This document shows, in pieces, positions 61,519 to 64,000 of a stretch of DNA of 64,000 bases. The DNA is taken from the NCBI GenBank assembly GCA_051883495.1, contig JBJETV010000024.1, positions 20,483 to 84,482 of the forward strand, in the 5' to 3' direction. Under the pieces are notes generated by a model. That model did no database searches, had not been told where the DNA came from, and worked only from the letters and a program-made list of their open reading frames with translations. The translations under genes were made by a program, and so were the position numbers. How positions within the stretch are numbered: position 1 is the stretch's first letter; every line of letters starts with the position of its first letter. Source of the DNA: Christensenellales bacterium. Lineage in GTDB: Bacteria; Bacillota; Clostridia; Christensenellales; UBA1242.

Positions 61519-61539
61519 GAATAGGATTGGGAGGTTTTC

Positions 61540-63528
61540 ATGCCAAAGGTTAAATTAACAAGTGAAGGATTAAAAAACTCACTTAAACATTATGACATTA
61601 AAGAGGCTGTAATTGAATATGTTTGGAATGGTTTTGATGCAAAAGCAACAAGAATAGATATAACTACAGAAAAAAACGAATTAGATGCGATAACAAAACT
61701 TATTATAAAAGACAATGGTATAGGTATAGAATTTTCTGAGCTTGATAATAAGTTTGGACCTGCCTATGAGTCTGAAAAAAAGAATAAAACAGATATAGAG
61801 GCTCTTAATGTAAAAGGTAAAAAAGGTGTTGGAAGATATAGTTTTTATGAAGTTGCTAGTTCAGCTTCTTGGGAAACCATATTTAAATCAGAATCTGGAA
61901 ATAAAACTTATATAATAAACATAAGAGAAGATGACCTAATTAATTACATGCCAACCGAACCAAAAGAAACAACAAGTGATACAGGAACGACTGTTTCTTT
62001 AAATCTTAACAACAATATTAATATTGATGAAATAATTCAAGAATTAAAAATTGTTTTTGCTTGGTATCTTCAGTTATATAAAGATAAATCAATACATATT
62101 AATGGAATCCCACTTGATTGTTCTGATATTTTATATTCTGAAGAAACCAGAAGTTTTGAAATCGAGGATTTTAAAGCGGAAATTACAGTATGTGTTTGGA
62201 CACGTAAATTAAATGAGGAATATTCTAAATACTATTATATTGATGGATATGAAGTTGTAAGGCATAAAGAAAATACAACACTCAACAACAAAGGAGATAA
62301 TTTTTATCATAGTGTCTTTATAAAGTCAAACTTATTTAATATAGATAAATTTAGCTTTACTTCACAGTTAGATGATGGGAATTTAGTAGATTTAAAAACA
62401 AAAAAATCTAAAGAGTTCAAACAATTAAAGTTGGAATGCGATAAGTTTTTAGTGGAAATAAGAAGACCATTTATTAAAGCTTATGCTAAATCTTTTATCG
62501 AAAAATTAAAAGAGAAAAAGGTTTATCCTCAATATAATACGAATAATGTTATAGATAGATTTAAAGAAGAACAATTAGATGATTTGATAGCAAATGTATA
62601 TTATTTTGTTCCAAAAGTTTTTACTAGTTTAAATAAAATACAACAAAAGACATTAATACGATTATTTGAATTAATACAGGATTCGGGAGAGACTGATAAT
62701 TTATTTAAGATATTGGGTGACGTTACAGAATTAACCAGTCAAGAGCGTCAAGATATGGCAGAATTGCTAGACAAGGTGGAATTAAACAACGTTCTTTCTA
62801 TGCTACAACTTATTACAGATAGACTTCAAGCAATAAAAGATTTTAAAGAATTAATAAAAAAAGAAAGGGTCGCAAATGAAGTAGACCATATTCAAAAGTT
62901 TATTGAAAAACACTACTGGTTTTTTGGTGAAGAATATCATTTGGTGACAGCGGAAGAACCCGATTTCGAAGAAGCCTTAAGAATGTATTTAAACTATGCT
63001 TCTGATAATTATTATGAAAAAGGATCTGTCGTTATTGAAGATGAGGACAAATATAAACAAATGGATATTTTTGCTATTCAATCACTACCTTGTGGCGATG
63101 TGAAAAAATGCATAGTTGTTGAATTAAAAAGACCAAGTGTTACTTTAGGTAGAACTGAATTAGACCAATTAAAAAAGTATTTTGGTGTAATAACGAGAGA
63201 AGATAGATTTAATGCCGCAAACATAAATTGGGAGTTCTATCTTGTAGGAAATAAATATAATGATGAAATAAAATGGGAATTGCAAAGTAATAAAGAACAT
63301 GGTGAAAAAAGTTTGGCATTTAATATTGATAAATGTAAAATATATGTTAAAACTTGGAGTGAGATATTCACTGAATTAGAACTAAATTTCAACTATTTAC
63401 AAGAAAAATTAAAGTTTGATTATTCTAAATTGACTGACAATAAAAACTTAACATCAAATGAAATAGTTCTTTCTCAAGAAGTCAACTCTGCTACACGTAC
63501 TATTGCTATGTCAGATAAAGAAAATTAA
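61540..63528 (+). CDS. GHKL (HATPase_c_3/MORC-like) ATPase fused to C-terminal PD-(D/E)xK nuclease
   Basis: EYVWNGFDA, DNGIG, GKKGVGRYS and GTTV GHKL motifs; C-terminal MDIF...VVELKRP...QLKKY. Confidence 0.85.
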   Translation: MPKVKLTSEGLKNSLKHYDIKEAVIEYVWNGFDAKATRIDITTEKNELDAITKLIIKDNGIGIEFSELDNKFGPAYESEKKNKTDIEALNVKGKKGVGRYSFYEVASSASWETIFKSESGNKTYIINIREDDLINYMPTEPKETTSDTGTTVSLNLNNNINIDEIIQELKIVFAWYLQLYKDKSIHINGIPLDCSDILYSEETRSFEIEDFKAEITVCVWTRKLNEEYSKYYYIDGYEVVRHKENTTLNNKGDNFYHSVFIKSNLFNIDKFSFTSQLDDGNLVDLKTKKSKEFKQLKLECDKFLVEIRRPFIKAYAKSFIEKLKEKKVYPQYNTNNVIDRFKEEQLDDLIANVYYFVPKVFTSLNKIQQKTLIRLFELIQDSGETDNLFKILGDVTELTSQERQDMAELLDKVELNNVLSMLQLITDRLQAIKDFKELIKKERVANEVDHIQKFIEKHYWFFGEEYHLVTAEEPDFEEALRMYLNYASDNYYEKGSVVIEDEDKYKQMDIFAIQSLPCGDVKKCIVVELKRPSVTLGRTELDQLKKYFGVITREDRFNAANINWEFYLVGNKYNDEIKWELQSNKEHGEKSLAFNIDKCKIYVKTWSEIFTELELNFNYLQEKLKFDYSKLTDNKNLTSNEIVLSQEVNSATRTIAMSDKEN

Positions 63529-63537
63529 TAATCACTT

Positions 63538-63570
63538 AAACACTCAATCATAACGATTGGGTGTTTTTGT
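63538..63570 (+). terminator. Intrinsic terminator ending the four-gene operon
   Basis: AAACACTCAATC-ATAAC-GATTGGGTGTTTTT. Confidence 0.75.
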
Positions 63571-63682
63571 ATTAGACAAACAAAGACAAAAATCTACAAT
63601 ATGATAATTTTGGCTATTTGAGATTTTGAAATGTTGTGTTATAATGGCAACGAACAACAAGAAAATAATTAATAGAATCATA

Positions 63683-63720
63683 GAGAAAGAGCTACCAATA
63701 TTGATAGTTCTTTTTCTTAT
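63683..63720 (+). terminator. Intrinsic terminator just upstream of the palindrome array
   Basis: AGAAAGAGCTACCAA-TA-TTGATAGTTCTTTTTCTT. Confidence 0.55.
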
Positions 63721-63804
63721 TTTTGAGAGATGAATTTAATCCATCTTTATTTGTTAACCAGAAAAGAAATTAATAATAAAGAAAAGACAACCTTAAAATT
63801 TTAT

Positions 63805-63998
63805 CGAGTTGGCAAATGGTGTCAATTCGGTTGTATTATAATTAAAAAAAGTTTTAGCGCTGTGACAAATGGTGTCACAGCGGACCTTGTATAATAAAAT
63901 AAATTTTACAGATACGACAAATGGTGTCGTATCACTTGCTTTATAATAAAAATTATTTGCCGCTGTAAAAGATGTTTTTACAGTGTGTGTAATAAAAT
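63805..63998 (+). repeat. Array of at least four palindrome + -10 units (51-53 bp period)
   Basis: CGAGTTGGCA-AATGG-TGTCAATTCG; CGCTGTGACA-AATGG-TGTCACAGCG; GATACGACA-AATGG-TGTCGTATC; CGCTGTAAAA-GATGT-TTTTACAGTG. They are followed by TATAAT, TATAAT, TATAAT and TAAAAT respectively, at constant spacing. Confidence 0.85.
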
Positions 63999-64000
63999 AA

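Larger units (their letters stand above)
54164..64000. mobile_element. Genomic (defence) island integrated at tRNA-Thr, continuing beyond the window
   Basis: Begins at the tRNA 3' fragment; TGACAAC direct repeats at about 54277-54293; visibly more AT-rich; cargo of helicases and nucleases. Integrase not seen in this window. Confidence 0.7.

Noticed and set aside
63805-64000. CRISPR array
   Set aside because: No constant 23-50 bp repeat with unique spacers; the variable parts are self-complementary arms; no cas genes in the window.

Overview
Low-GC Firmicutes (probably Clostridia, spore-forming) chromosomal window with three zones. (1) 1-26817: one uninterrupted minus-strand ORF of more than 8,939 codons that runs off the left edge and is therefore missing from the supplied ORF track. 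It encodes a giant membrane-anchored surface protein: N/Q/G-rich head, one TM helix, many InlB-B/Flg_new-like repeats, at least five GGAI/FxxN (Pmp-like) beta-helix blocks and a BspA-type LRR block. (2) 28.4-52.7 kb: mostly housekeeping and accessory genes (eno, typA, MBL-GNAT fusion, sugar transferase, YqeY, SDR, BclA-like collagen, ferritin-like, MarR plus heterodimeric ABC exporter, phosphoesterase, membrane-LuxR plus lipoprotein). (3) 52.8-64 kb: a decayed MuF-like toxin/immunity pair, the 3' half of a tRNA-Thr(GGT) (att scar) with arm-type repeats, then an AT-rich defence-type island (DUF5677/HEPN-like, RecD-like helicase, GIY-YIG-DUF2075, radical SAM-SLOG fusion, MazG-like, GHKL-nuclease). 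The window ends in an unexplained ~52-bp-period array of four different palindromes, each at an identical distance upstream of a -10 hexamer. All family assignments are from motif reading by eye, with no database searches.
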